Source: an uncultured Tissierellaceae bacterium (lineage in GTDB: Bacteria; Bacillota; Clostridia; Tissierellales; Tissierellaceae). From it: 64,000 bases of DNA. The position numbers and the translations under genes are program-made. The DNA lies in NCBI GenBank assembly GCA_964519585.1, contig CAZFIO010000001.1, positions 234 through 64,233 on the forward strand. Direction: 5' to 3'. Below, piece after piece: positions 46,856 through 57,671 of this stretch (the stretch's first letter is position 1; every line of letters starts with the position of its first letter). The notes under the pieces are model-generated. The model saw only the letters and a program-made list of their open reading frames with translations, was not told the DNA's origin and made no database searches.

Positions 46856-46974
46856 CCCTATTTATTTGATATAAATAGTTACCATGGTTTAATAATACTA
46901 CAATAAGTGATGAAATACAATTAAAAAACTATTCAGTCTATTTAATTACCTTCTAAGGAAAACTTACTAATGCT

Positions 46975-48189
46975 TTATTCACTTAATAATCTTTTTTCAC
47001 CTGTCAATTCTTGGATAGGTGCAATATTTTGAACATATTCTAGGGTGCCTAGATATTCTCCATCCTTATTTCTTACTGCAAAGAAACGGATTAATACAAA
47101 CATTTCTCCCAGCTGGATCCAGAAGTCTTCATTATCCTTCTTACCAGATTTGAAATCTTCCAAGATTTGCTTAACCTTATGGACTGACGTATGGGGATGG
47201 CAGTTTTCTACTGAACGACCTATTACCGCCTTGGTTCTAGCAAAAATCCTGTGCTCCCCCTTGGTAAAGAATTTTACATTGTCATTTTTATCTACAAAAG
47301 ATAGTTCTCCTGGCAAAATCTCCATAATTGCAGCTATCTCTTCAGAATTCAATACTCCTGTATCAAACTTTACATATCCACCTTCTAGAAGGCCCTTGTC
47401 CTCCTCTTCTTGCTCTAGGTCAACCCTTTTTAGTTTCCAGTCTTTTTCTGGCACAATAAAGGCAAACCCAATTTCCTCAGATTCTTTATAGATGGTTATC
47501 CATTCATCTTCTATTAGGGTATCTAGACTCATGGGAAATAGGATGTTTTCCTCCTTAAAGACCATTTCCTTTGTTTGGTTTAGGGCATCCTCCATTTTTT
47601 CTACCAGTTCATCCCTTTTGCCAGTATACTTATCCAAGTCTAGAAGTATTCCCTTGATTTTGCCCCTTATTTCATCATGAACTCCCCACATTACCTTAGG
47701 TGGTGCAGTTACCCCATATTTCTCTAGATAGGGAAATATTAGGTTTTCTTTCCTGCTGTAGTGTTTATCAATTTCCCACAGCTTGTTAAAGTCTTCTATA
47801 AGACTGTCAATATTGTCCCTTGAGTCATCGTTTTTAAACTCTTCCACATGAGGCAAGATTGTATTATCAATTAAATCAGTGATGGCCTCATTTTCCTGCT
47901 TCATAGTATATATTGGATGACCTGGCACCTGCTCTGGATGGTGGATTTCTTCCAAGGTCCCCTTAAATACAGCTGCATGCACATCGCATAGATATTGTAT
48001 CTCTTCAATAGGTAAACCTTCCTTAACCAATTGGACTTCCATCTCCCCAATTTCTTTTGGAGAAACCCCTTCTATAACTGCTGCAAACTTTTCCTTTACT
48101 TCCTCTACAGTTTTCCCTTCATGCAACTCTCTTATGACTTCCTTAAGCTGTTCCTGCCTATATTCTCTATTATTAATTAATTCAGACAT
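46975..48189 (-). CDS. DUF438 / hemerythrin / PAS-domain protein (mirror copy)
   Basis: Mirror of 15686..16900. Confidence 0.7.
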   Translation of the reverse strand: MSELINNREYRQEQLKEVIRELHEGKTVEEVKEKFAAVIEGVSPKEIGEMEVQLVKEGLPIEEIQYLCDVHAAVFKGTLEEIHHPEQVPGHPIYTMKQENEAITDLIDNTILPHVEEFKNDDSRDNIDSLIEDFNKLWEIDKHYSRKENLIFPYLEKYGVTAPPKVMWGVHDEIRGKIKGILLDLDKYTGKRDELVEKMEDALNQTKEMVFKEENILFPMSLDTLIEDEWITIYKESEEIGFAFIVPEKDWKLKRVDLEQEEEDKGLLEGGYVKFDTGVLNSEEIAAIMEILPGELSFVDKNDNVKFFTKGEHRIFARTKAVIGRSVENCHPHTSVHKVKQILEDFKSGKKDNEDFWIQLGEMFVLIRFFAVRNKDGEYLGTLEYVQNIAPIQELTGEKRLLSE

Positions 48190-48319
48190 ATTATCCCTCC
48201 ATATATTTTTTCAACAATATAGTTATACCCAATATAAGCAAATTTAAAAGAAAAAAGAAAATAGTTAATCCTATATCTTCTTGATTTTAGAAAAATATTT
48301 ATCTAATCTTTCTTGTGTC

Positions 48320-49663
48320 TTAACTCTCTTGTAAGTTGTCAGAGGACCTTATACTTACATCCCTATATTTTAAGTAAAAATAGTTAACTATAAATACTAT
48401 ATATAGGTAAAAAGCATAGGGGACAATCCTTAGGGGATCTACACTTAAGGTGGTAGCAGGTACTAAATTTGCTATATTCCAGGGAATCATAGCTGCAAAG
48501 AGTATAGCAGTATTGCCTATGTCCGTGGCTAATTCATAGCTGCCTATATTTTCCTTTTCATAAAGTTCCTTCATTATTTCACTGGTCATAACCACAGCTA
48601 TAGATTGGTTGCCTCCAAAGGCACCAGTCATTACAGATACAAGCCCCGTTGTAAATAGAGCCTGGCTTCTGGTTTTAATATTTTTAAAATACTTATTTAT
48701 CATAGAAAATACATTCATGCCCTCCAGGATTCCTGCCATGGAGCAAGATACGAAAATTGTAAAGCCTGGTTTTGCCATGGATAATAGCCCTCCACCCTTG
48801 ATTATTTCTGCTAAAGGATTATCTGGGCCTAATTGATAACCTAGCACAAGGGTCTTAAGTAAATCTGCTAAGCTTACTCCCTGAACAAATACCCCGATTA
48901 AAGAGCCTAGCACTATACTTACCACCATAGATTTCTTCACATTTAATTGGAAGATACTTAAAATCAGCATGGCCAGTGCAGGTATCAGTATAATAAAATT
49001 AATTATGTAATTTTCTTTTAACTGGTCTATAACCAGACTGTCACTAACATTTAATGGATTGAAAAATGAAAAGCCTAAATAAATTATTACACTTACAAGA
49101 AAGGGGATTAAATTAGTCTTTACAAACTTTTTAAGCATAGGATATAGGTCCACACCAGTTAGGTTTGCAACTAAGTTTGCTGAAGATGACATGGGTGATG
49201 TCCGGTCACCAAAAAAACACCCTGCCAAAATTGCCCCTCCTATTAGATTTATATTTATATCACTGGTTCTGGCCATAATTATCAATACTATACCTATGGT
49301 AGAAGCCGTGCCAAGAGCAGTCCCAAGCATATAGGATACAAGGCAGGATGATAAAAATGCAAATACTACAAAGTACTTAGGAATCATAACCTGCATACTA
49401 TAGTAAACTATTGCTGGGATAGTTCCTGCAGAAAACCATGAAGCAGTAACTAGGCCTATAAGGCCAAATATAGTTAGTACAACAAAGGCCTTTTTTCCAC
49501 TTGTCCAAGAATATTTCAAAATATGTTTAAGACTATAACCCATTTTTAAGGCTATAAGGAAGAATATCAAATAAGAGCCTAATAAGCAGTAGCCAATAAA
49601 GACACCCTTAAAAACCCCATATAAGAGAATAATAAATGACAAGATAAATCCAAGCCCCAGCAC
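48320..49663 (-). CDS. NhaC-family membrane transporter (mirror copy)
   Basis: Mirror of 14212..15555. Confidence 0.55.
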   Translation of the reverse strand: MLGLGFILSFIILLYGVFKGVFIGYCLLGSYLIFFLIALKMGYSLKHILKYSWTSGKKAFVVLTIFGLIGLVTASWFSAGTIPAIVYYSMQVMIPKYFVVFAFLSSCLVSYMLGTALGTASTIGIVLIIMARTSDININLIGGAILAGCFFGDRTSPMSSSANLVANLTGVDLYPMLKKFVKTNLIPFLVSVIIYLGFSFFNPLNVSDSLVIDQLKENYIINFIILIPALAMLILSIFQLNVKKSMVVSIVLGSLIGVFVQGVSLADLLKTLVLGYQLGPDNPLAEIIKGGGLLSMAKPGFTIFVSCSMAGILEGMNVFSMINKYFKNIKTRSQALFTTGLVSVMTGAFGGNQSIAVVMTSEIMKELYEKENIGSYELATDIGNTAILFAAMIPWNIANLVPATTLSVDPLRIVPYAFYLYIVFIVNYFYLKYRDVSIRSSDNLQES

Positions 49664-49711
49664 ACCATCACCCCTGTTTTTCGTAATATTTCATAATGTA
49701 TAACAAGATAA

Positions 49712-50500
49712 CTATAGGATATTTATTTCTTCTGGTTTTTTCATGCCTAATAAATCTATCATTTTCTTATAAACCTCTTTTTTTCCTGTGGTAAATATCT
49801 TAAATGTAGCTTTTTTTCCTTCTTCTGCCCTTGAATTGTTTACTAGCATAAGTTCTTCAGCATATTTCACTTGTTCATAGGCGGGGTTTATGAAGTTAGT
49901 TTCAGGTGACTTTCTTTGAAATTCCTTTATTGCAATGGGATAATGGGTACAACCCAAAATTATATCTTTAGGACTTCCTTTTTCCATGATATTGTTCATA
50001 TGTAGGTCTACTAAGGCCTGGACCTCCTCACTAGTATAGTCGCCACTATCAATTAAGCTAGCTAGATTTGGGCTACCCTCATTTACCACTTTCACATTCT
50101 TATTGGCCCTTTTTATAAGTTTTTCATGGGCTCCACTTTCTATGGTAAATTTAGTTGCTATAACCCCAACCTCCTTAATATTTTCGCTTATTACATAGTC
50201 AGCTGCAGGCTTAATAATGCTTATGATTGGTAGAGGGTAGTCAGAAAAATACTTGTCTAATATAGTGGATATGGTGTTACAAGCTACAAGAATCAATTTT
50301 ACATCCTTTTCTATAAGGAAATCTACCATTCTTTTTGTTAGCTGGTATATTTCTTCCTCAGACTTATTTCCATAGGGTACATTTGCATTGTCTCCAAAAT
50401 AGTATATGCTTTCATTTTCCAATAAATTTTGTAACTCCTTTGCTACAGTTAGTCCACCTACCCCAGAATCCAAAACTCCTATAGGCCTATTATCAAACAT
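49712..50500 (-). CDS. murI: Glutamate racemase (mirror copy)
   Basis: Mirror of 13375..14163. Confidence 0.92.
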   Translation of the reverse strand: MFDNRPIGVLDSGVGGLTVAKELQNLLENESIYYFGDNANVPYGNKSEEEIYQLTKRMVDFLIEKDVKLILVACNTISTILDKYFSDYPLPIISIIKPAADYVISENIKEVGVIATKFTIESGAHEKLIKRANKNVKVVNEGSPNLASLIDSGDYTSEEVQALVDLHMNNIMEKGSPKDIILGCTHYPIAIKEFQRKSPETNFINPAYEQVKYAEELMLVNNSRAEEGKKATFKIFTTGKKEVYKKMIDLLGMKKPEEINIL

Positions 50501-50554
50501 GAATAAATCCTCCTTTAATTATCCTTCTACCATCATATTAATACAATTTGGCAA

Positions 50555-51475
50555 TTACTTCAAAACAGCTCTACAGACTCTTTTTCCATTTTCTAAATAA
50601 AACAAAAATATAGTCACCCCAAGTAGGTCTGCTGCTCCTCCAGGACTTATATTATTCTCAATAAAATCCCTATCCATTTGCCCTACTTCTTTTTTCCCTT
50701 CTTCAGTCAAATATCCCCCCAGGTCTAGAGCCTTCTTGGCCCTAGCTTGACTATAGTTTAAGACCCCCATATTATGCCTGCCTAGTATATTTGAATCTTC
50801 TGTGTGGGCTATCAGGTGAAGGAGAGTATGAAGTAAAATATCATTAATTGAATATTCATCTGCCTTAATCAGATCCTTTAAAACTGGTAAGGAATGATTT
50901 ATGACCGTTTCAAACCCTGATTCTACCTCACCCCTAATCCCCTTAACCCCATATTTAAGGTAAAGACTTTCACCATAGGTTAGGTCTTTATTATTATCTA
51001 TATTTTTTAATTCTTTGCTTATTCCTTCAGTCATTTCTTTGACCCTTTTTATAATCTTATCTGTTTTGAAATAAGAGTCATGATTCTTCCCATAAAGACT
51101 GCCTACAGCACTAGCAATAATCCCTAGGGAGAATATGGCTCCCTTATGGGTGTTGATACCTGAGGTAGCCTGAAACATAAGGTTTTCAGCTTCTATACCT
51201 ATGGGTCTAAGTCCCTCCATCAATTTCCTATAATCATCTCCTTGGAAGTCTAGACCTGCTCTTGTGCATTCTTGAAAATAGGGAGGTAAAACCGATGCAC
51301 TTCCCAAAAAGGTAAATACATCCATATCATCATGGGCACCAGGGTTATACCTATCTACAAGACCAGGCTTTGGGCTAGCTGCCAATTCATATAAAATTGA
51401 TTTAATACAAAGACTGCTTATATAATTGCAAAAGTTTTTCTTATTCATATCATATTTACTAGGTATTTTGACCAA
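50555..51475 (-). CDS. citG: Triphosphoribosyl-dephospho-CoA synthase CitG family (mirror copy)
   Basis: Mirror of 12400..13320. Confidence 0.8.
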   Translation of the reverse strand: MVKIPSKYDMNKKNFCNYISSLCIKSILYELAASPKPGLVDRYNPGAHDDMDVFTFLGSASVLPPYFQECTRAGLDFQGDDYRKLMEGLRPIGIEAENLMFQATSGINTHKGAIFSLGIIASAVGSLYGKNHDSYFKTDKIIKRVKEMTEGISKELKNIDNNKDLTYGESLYLKYGVKGIRGEVESGFETVINHSLPVLKDLIKADEYSINDILLHTLLHLIAHTEDSNILGRHNMGVLNYSQARAKKALDLGGYLTEEGKKEVGQMDRDFIENNISPGGAADLLGVTIFLFYLENGKRVCRAVLK

Positions 51476-51525
51476 GACATGTGCTCCCTTTGGGGAAGGG
51501 TTCCCCTGACCCTAGTATCCTTTCT

Positions 51526-52044
51526 TTATCTTTTTAAATGTTTTTGTCCAAGTTCCCTTATGGCCAATATCAATTCCTCATAAGAGTGATTCTTTTCCCT
51601 CATGCAGAGCCTTACCTCCTTGTTGCAAAGCAAGCATTTTCTAGGTTCAGCCTTTAGATCTGATCTTGATATTTGTTTTCCCTGCCTATCAAATACATCT
51701 ATATCAAAAATCCGGCCCAGGGGATGGGATTCCTCTATATTTATTGTGATATCTTTTAGCTTTAAGGGTTCCATATCTACAAGTATATAGGCCTCCCTGC
51801 CAGTAGATTTATCAATTTCCTCCTTATAAACAAGTTCTATATCCCTTTTGCTTACTTCCTTAATAATCTCCTGGAAACCTTTTTTATGAATTTTCCTATA
51901 TAAATCATTATCCTTTTCCCTGCCTGGGATATTAAGAGTAAAGGAGATAAGAGTACTATTGTAAGTATCTAGTAGTTCTTTTTGTTTTCTAGCCCTTTCC
52001 TCTCTTGAATTTAATATTTTCATAAGAACTTTTTCATCAACCAT
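51526..52044 (-). CDS. citX: CitX-like holo-ACP synthase (mirror copy)
   Basis: Mirror of 11831..12349. Confidence 0.6.
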   Translation of the reverse strand: MVDEKVLMKILNSREERARKQKELLDTYNSTLISFTLNIPGREKDNDLYRKIHKKGFQEIIKEVSKRDIELVYKEEIDKSTGREAYILVDMEPLKLKDITINIEESHPLGRIFDIDVFDRQGKQISRSDLKAEPRKCLLCNKEVRLCMREKNHSYEELILAIRELGQKHLKR

Positions 52045-52092
52045 ATAATCACCACTTTTCTACTCCTTAGCTTAAGTATAGAACAAAAATGG

Positions 52093-52123
52093 AAAAAATA
52101 AAAGGGATAGATTTCTCTATCCC
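52093..52123 (-). terminator. Rho-independent terminator (mirror)
   Basis: Mirror of 11752..11782. Confidence 0.8.
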
Positions 52124-52128
52124 ATCTT

Positions 52129-53316
52129 TTAGAACTGCTTGGCAAATTCCTTACCGAATTCTATACATTTTTCAATTGCTTCCTTGTCTGGGTTCCAAAG
52201 GGCTTTTGGCCCACCCTCCATTACATCCAGTTTAGCATCCTTTAGCTTACCTTCTAGTATGTCTACTGACTCTCCAGACCAACCATAAGAACCAAAGCCT
52301 GCTGCCTTCTTGTTCTTAAAGCCTATTCCCTTAATCATTTCTAGAAGTCCACCAGTAGCATTCATTATTCCCTTGTTTACTGTTGATGAACCAAAGAGGA
52401 TTCCTTTTGCCCTAAACAATTCTGTGATTATATCATTTTTATCCGTGTTTGCAGCATTGTAGAGTTTTACAACTATATCTCCATCCACAGATTTGATTCC
52501 TTCTGCTATAGCTTCTGCCATTCTTCTAGTTGCATGCCACATAGTGTCATATACTATAGTGATTTGATTTTCTTGGTAGGCATCTGCCCATTCAAGATAC
52601 TTTTCAACTATTTGAGCAGGGTTATCCCTCCAAATTATACCATGGCTTGTAGCTATCATATTAAGCGGTAGATTGAAGCTTAGAACTTCCTTAATCTTAT
52701 TTGTTACCAGGGCAGAAAATGGAGTTAAAATATTTGCATAGTACTTTATTGCTTCTTCAAATAATTCACATTGGTCTACTAAATCATTGTACATAGCTTC
52801 TGATGCATAGTGTTGTCCAAAAGCATCATTAGAAAATAAAATAGCATCTGAGTCCATATAGGTCATCATACTATCTGGCCAGTGTAACATTCTTGCTTCA
52901 ACAAAGGTAAGTGTGGATTCACCTATGTTTAAGGTGTCACCTGTTTTTACCTCTACAAAGTTCCAGTCCTCATGGAAGTGACCTTTTAATATTTTTGCTC
53001 CATTGGCTGTACAATAAATTGGGGTATTTGGTATTTCCTTCATTAGTAGTGGCAAGGCCCCACTATGGTCAATCTCTGAGTGCTGTGCAATTATATAGTC
53101 AATTTCATTTAGGTCGATTTCTCTTTTTAACTTTTCTACCCATTCCTTAGCAAAAGGCTCCCAAACTGTATCAATAAGTACTGTCTTTTCATCCCTGATT
53201 AAGTAAGAGTTATATGAGGAGCCCCTATCAGTAGAGTATTCATCACCATGGAACCTTCTTAATTCCCAGTCTATCTTTCCTACCCATGTAACCCTATCTG
53301 TTAATTTAAAACCCAT
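52129..53316 (-). CDS. Flavodiiron protein (mirror copy)
   Basis: Mirror of 10559..11746. Confidence 0.85.
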   Translation of the reverse strand: MGFKLTDRVTWVGKIDWELRRFHGDEYSTDRGSSYNSYLIRDEKTVLIDTVWEPFAKEWVEKLKREIDLNEIDYIIAQHSEIDHSGALPLLMKEIPNTPIYCTANGAKILKGHFHEDWNFVEVKTGDTLNIGESTLTFVEARMLHWPDSMMTYMDSDAILFSNDAFGQHYASEAMYNDLVDQCELFEEAIKYYANILTPFSALVTNKIKEVLSFNLPLNMIATSHGIIWRDNPAQIVEKYLEWADAYQENQITIVYDTMWHATRRMAEAIAEGIKSVDGDIVVKLYNAANTDKNDIITELFRAKGILFGSSTVNKGIMNATGGLLEMIKGIGFKNKKAAGFGSYGWSGESVDILEGKLKDAKLDVMEGGPKALWNPDKEAIEKCIEFGKEFAKQF

Positions 53317-53420
53317 GTAAATCCCTCCTATTTTAATTTATATATTTTTATATATACCCAAAATTTGTTCATTCCTGCAAGGTATGGATAAATTTGTATC
53401 TTACTAAGATTATTTAATAT

Positions 53421-53987
53421 TTACTCCCCTGCCTGAAGGTATTTGTTCTCTAAATTTTCTAGTATAAAAATATACTTTTCCTGTAGACCTTCCTTAGTTG
53501 CCTTATCTTCAATATCTTTACACTTGTCTTCTATAAAGTTTTTCGCCTCTTGGTTAAGCATGTTTTCTGCAAACTTATACATGACAGAATTCTCCTTGTC
53601 TATATGTCTCTCCAGTAGGTCTGTATAGGCTATACTATTGGCAATTATGTCTAGTCTTGATTCATCATTGCCTGCCTTAAAGTCCTCCAGACCTAGTTCT
53701 AAATTCTTCATATATAGTCTCCCTAAATCATGCTCTATATACATACCTGTTATAGCTCCAGACTTAGCAAGTCTCTCTATTTCCTTATTCATAGTATCAA
53801 AGAGTATATCCTCCTCCTTGCCATGGTGGTGTTTGTCTGCATACACCCGGATAAAATCTATTACAATAGGGTAGTCATCAAGATCATAGTCACCCAAAAC
53901 CATAAGCTCATAAGACACCTTTCTTAAAACCTTCAACATTCTTTTAATTATTTCATGCTCTTCCACCATGATTTTAATTGATTCCAT
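53421..53987 (-). CDS. Hemerythrin-like domain protein (mirror copy)
   Basis: Mirror of 9888..10454. Confidence 0.6.
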   Translation of the reverse strand: MESIKIMVEEHEIIKRMLKVLRKVSYELMVLGDYDLDDYPIVIDFIRVYADKHHHGKEEDILFDTMNKEIERLAKSGAITGMYIEHDLGRLYMKNLELGLEDFKAGNDESRLDIIANSIAYTDLLERHIDKENSVMYKFAENMLNQEAKNFIEDKCKDIEDKATKEGLQEKYIFILENLENKYLQAGE

Positions 53988-54000
53988 ATATTAAACTCCT

Positions 54001-54711
54001 TTACTCTATTTCTTCTAGGGCTGATTTGTTTTCTATTATCACCCTTCTATGTCCTATAAGTCTTATTATGCCCAATTCTTGAAAGGCTGACAACTTACGG
54101 CTTAAGGTTTCTTGGCTCATTCCTATATGGGAAGCTAGATCCCTTTTGCTCATTTTTAGAACCACTTCACCCCTTGCATTTGACATGTTGAGGAGGGTTT
54201 GGGCTAGCCTCTTTTCTACAGAATAAAGACTGATATTTTCTATTAAGGTCTCAGTCCTCTCTAGTCTTTGACTCAGTTCCTCCATAACCTTAAATCCTAT
54301 GGTAGGATACTTAATCATTAAATTCTTCAAGGCTTCCCCATCTATGATGCACATGGTGGTTTTTTCAAGGGCTTCCCCATTGTCCTTCAAATCTTTTGTG
54401 GAAAAAAGGGATAATTCTCCCATAAACTCACCAGGTCCTAGAATCCTTATGACCTGTTCCTTGCCTGATTCAGTAATCCGGCTAATTTTCACCTTGCCTT
54501 TGTGAATTACATAAAGCTTCCTTTTACTGTCTCCTGCCATATATATCATTTGGCCTTTTTCATAGGTCTTATCTATAGTGATAGAAGCAATCTCAAGCAT
54601 TTCTTCATGACTAAGATTGCTAAAAATAGGTACTAATTCTATACAGTTTCTTCCTCCATTTTTAAAACAAGAACATCTGATAAAAACACCCCCCCTATTA
54701 ACAATAGTCAA
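54001..54711 (-). CDS. Crp/Fnr-family regulator with FNR-like Cys cluster (mirror copy)
   Basis: Mirror of 9164..9874. Confidence 0.8.
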   Translation of the reverse strand: MTIVNRGGVFIRCSCFKNGGRNCIELVPIFSNLSHEEMLEIASITIDKTYEKGQMIYMAGDSKRKLYVIHKGKVKISRITESGKEQVIRILGPGEFMGELSLFSTKDLKDNGEALEKTTMCIIDGEALKNLMIKYPTIGFKVMEELSQRLERTETLIENISLYSVEKRLAQTLLNMSNARGEVVLKMSKRDLASHIGMSQETLSRKLSAFQELGIIRLIGHRRVIIENKSALEEIE

Positions 54712-54744
54712 GCGATAGTCAAACAGTTGTCAAACGATAGTCAA
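54701..54744 (-). repeat. Four 11-bp TTGAC direct repeats (mirror)
   Basis: Mirror of 9131..9174. Confidence 0.85.
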
Positions 54745-54900
54745 GCAATTGTTTTGTTATAGTCTAGCTTCTGGGTCTTGGTATCTTCCCTACAAGGCTA
54801 TACAGGCATTCCAATCCCAATAAGAATACCCTAATACAAGATTTTTTTTATAATTGCTATGCTATCGTTCTCATTATACCCTAAATATCTAATTGTAAAA

Positions 54901-54914
54901 TTGACCTAGGTCAA
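54901..54914. promoter_or_regulatory. TTGAC-CTAG-GTCAA palindrome (mirror)
   Basis: Mirror of 8961..8974. Confidence 0.4.
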
Positions 54915-55226
54915 AATTTTTAATATTATTTCCTTGGAAACAATCCACGTCCTGTTCCATTGATTCCAATTTCAGGCCCAAATTCACTTTTGGGGCCAGC
55001 TTTTAGGTCGTCGGGCCAGCAAAGCTAGCCCCTAGCTTGTTATGACCCAAGAGAATAAGTTTAATCACACTGTTCACTGTTCATTATCATTTTCCCTGAC
55101 AAACTGTCTTACCGTCTTTGCTTTCTGCCTTCCGCTTTCCTCCTTCTCATTTATCCAGAAAATGTAGAATATTTATCCTACAAATATGATATAATTAATT
55201 ATCAATTATAAAGGGGTATGATATCT

Positions 55227-55850
55227 ATGGATAGATATATAATTGTAGCTCTTATAGGTTATTTATTTGGTTGTTTACAATGGTCCTATATATTAACAAG
55301 AATAATCAAAGGCAAGGATATACGTTCGCTTGGCATGGGAAATCCTGGGGCATCTAATACTGTAGCTGTATTTGGCTGGAAGATGGGGGCAGCAGTTGGT
55401 ATCCTTGATATTTTAAAGGCTACTATATCCATCCTTTTGATAAGGTATATATTTAGAAATTTGGATATGTCTGCTATATATTTAAATGGATTTGCAGTAA
55501 TCTTAGGTCATAATTATCCATTTTTCATGGGCTTTAAAGGTGGAAAGGGTACTGCCTCTACTGTAGGAATGATATATGGGATTGATTATAGGTTAGGTTT
55601 ATTAGGTATGCTAATAGTTTTAGTGATTACAGTAGCAACTGATTATATAGTTCTAGGTACCATGGGCCTAGTTATTTTTCTTATAATAGCAACAGCCTAT
55701 TTGGAGCATGGTAAACTTTCATTAATTTTTGCTGTTCTTATAGCACTACAAAGTGCTTACAAGCATAGGGAAAACTTTAAAAGAATTGTCCATGGTGGAG
55801 AAGTAAGCCTAAGATCTACCTTTAAATCAAAGAAAAAACAGTCAGACTAA
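55227..55850 (+). CDS. plsY: Glycerol-3-phosphate acyltransferase PlsY (mirror copy)
   Basis: Mirror of 8025..8648. Confidence 0.88.
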   Translation: MDRYIIVALIGYLFGCLQWSYILTRIIKGKDIRSLGMGNPGASNTVAVFGWKMGAAVGILDILKATISILLIRYIFRNLDMSAIYLNGFAVILGHNYPFFMGFKGGKGTASTVGMIYGIDYRLGLLGMLIVLVITVATDYIVLGTMGLVIFLIIATAYLEHGKLSLIFAVLIALQSAYKHRENFKRIVHGGEVSLRSTFKSKKKQSD

Positions 55851-55858
55851 GTCTGACT
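55833..55858. terminator. Hairpin terminator (mirror)
   Basis: Mirror of 8017..8042. Confidence 0.7.
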
Positions 55859-57497
55859 ATTTTCTTTTTGGACCTGATTTTCTTTTAGGGGTGGCAATCT
55901 CTACCTGTACCATGCTTCCCCTGATCCTCTTATTATTTAGGTTTCTTACCACATCATTGGCAAGATTTGCTGGAATTTCCACAAAGGAAAACTTATCATA
56001 TATATCTATAGCCCCTACATGGTTCTTCTGTAAATTTGCATCTTGGACTAGGGCTGCTAGTATATGTCTTTGGCTGGCTCCCTTTCTGCTTCCTATATTG
56101 ATAAACAATCTTGTAGTGTCCTTTGAAAGCCTTTCATTTTTACCCCCACTAGACCTGAATTTCCCTCCAAAGTCTACTTGTTCTAACTTTTCGTGTTTTT
56201 CATATTTACTATCATCCATATAGAACTTAAGCAGGGCAGCTGCAATATCAAAGGAAGTAAATCCTTCTTCTATTAGAGCATCCACTATTTTACTATACTT
56301 GCCTAGTTCTCCCTTAGTAATTTCATCCTTAATCTTATCTAGGGCACTGGTCCTGTAGTTTTGCTCCATATCTTTAAGAGTAGGTATGTCTCTTCTCTTT
56401 ATTTTTGTATTGGCGTATCTTTGAATATTTGCTAGTAGGTTTTTATCCCTACCTACTACAAAGCTATAGGCTACACCCTCCCTGCCAGCTCTGGCTGTCC
56501 TACCAATCCTATGAACATAATATTCTTCATCCCTAGGTATATCATAGTTTACCACCAGGTCTATATCATCCACATCTAGGCCTCTAGCAGCTACATCTGT
56601 AGCAATTAAAATATCAATAGTACCATTTCTAAACTTATTCATTACAGTATCTCTTTGGCTTTGTTTTAAGTCACCATGGAGGCCATCTGCCAGATAACCC
56701 CTTCCTGTAAGCTTTTCTGTCAACTCATCTACACGCTTTTTTGTATTACAAAAAACTATGCTAAGTTTTGGATTATTGATATCTATAAGACGACTTAGAA
56801 TTTCAGTCTTCATATGTTCCTTTAGCTCGAAGTAGTACTGCTCAATTTTAGGTAATGTTAATTCCTTATGAACAACCTTAACTAATTCAGGATTGTTTTG
56901 ATATTTGGATGCAAAATTGATTATTTCCTTAGGCATGGTAGCTGAAAAAAATACAGTTTGTCTTTCCTCTGGCAACTCATCCATAACAAAGCCTATATCA
57001 TCCCTAAAACCCATATCAAACATTTCGTCGGCCTCATCAAGAACCATCATTTTTACCTTGTCTAATTTTAAGGTCCTCCTTCTCATATGGTCCATAACCC
57101 GGCCTGGTGTGCCTACAACTATCTGAACTCCACCCTTCAAGGACCTAATCTGCCTATCAATAGGTTGACCCCCATATATAGGTAGAACCTTAATTCCGCT
57201 CATAAACTTTCCGATATTCCTTATTTCTTCCGCTACTTGAATTGACAACTCCCTTGTGGGACATAGTACCAGTGCTTGCAATCTCTTGTCGCTTGGATCA
57301 CAAGTTTCTAAAATAGGAATTCCAAAAGCTGCGGTTTTCCCTGTCCCAGTCTGGGCCTGACCTATCACATCCCTTCCTGCCAATATTACAGGAATTGCCT
57401 GTTCCTGAATTGGTGACATTTCTTCAAAACCCATTTCTGAAATACCCCGCTGTATTCCATTTGATAATTTTATTTCATTAAATGCTAATTTACTCAA
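55857..57497 (-). CDS. DEAD-box RNA helicase (mirror copy)
   Basis: Mirror of 6378..8018. Confidence 0.92.
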   Translation of the reverse strand: MSKLAFNEIKLSNGIQRGISEMGFEEMSPIQEQAIPVILAGRDVIGQAQTGTGKTAAFGIPILETCDPSDKRLQALVLCPTRELSIQVAEEIRNIGKFMSGIKVLPIYGGQPIDRQIRSLKGGVQIVVGTPGRVMDHMRRRTLKLDKVKMMVLDEADEMFDMGFRDDIGFVMDELPEERQTVFFSATMPKEIINFASKYQNNPELVKVVHKELTLPKIEQYYFELKEHMKTEILSRLIDINNPKLSIVFCNTKKRVDELTEKLTGRGYLADGLHGDLKQSQRDTVMNKFRNGTIDILIATDVAARGLDVDDIDLVVNYDIPRDEEYYVHRIGRTARAGREGVAYSFVVGRDKNLLANIQRYANTKIKRRDIPTLKDMEQNYRTSALDKIKDEITKGELGKYSKIVDALIEEGFTSFDIAAALLKFYMDDSKYEKHEKLEQVDFGGKFRSSGGKNERLSKDTTRLFINIGSRKGASQRHILAALVQDANLQKNHVGAIDIYDKFSFVEIPANLANDVVRNLNNKRIRGSMVQVEIATPKRKSGPKRK

Positions 57498-57576
57498 TCT
57501 TTCTCCTCCTTATATATAACTAAATAAGTATATACTTAATATACCAATATTGCAAGAAAAATATAAAAAATATATA

Positions 57577-57612
57577 CAAAAATGCGCCAAGGACCGTCCC
57601 TAGCGCACTATT
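57577..57612. repeat. REP-like hairpin copy 1 (mirror)
   Basis: Mirror of 6263..6298. Confidence 0.8.
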
Positions 57613-57671
57613 GTTTAGCAATCCTTCTATTGTGGTATAATCTTATTGTAAATATATGGAGGTGTTTTATT

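Larger units (their letters stand above)
54687..55035. repeat. Intergenic repeat family copy B (mirror)
   Basis: Mirror of 8840..9188. Confidence 0.7.
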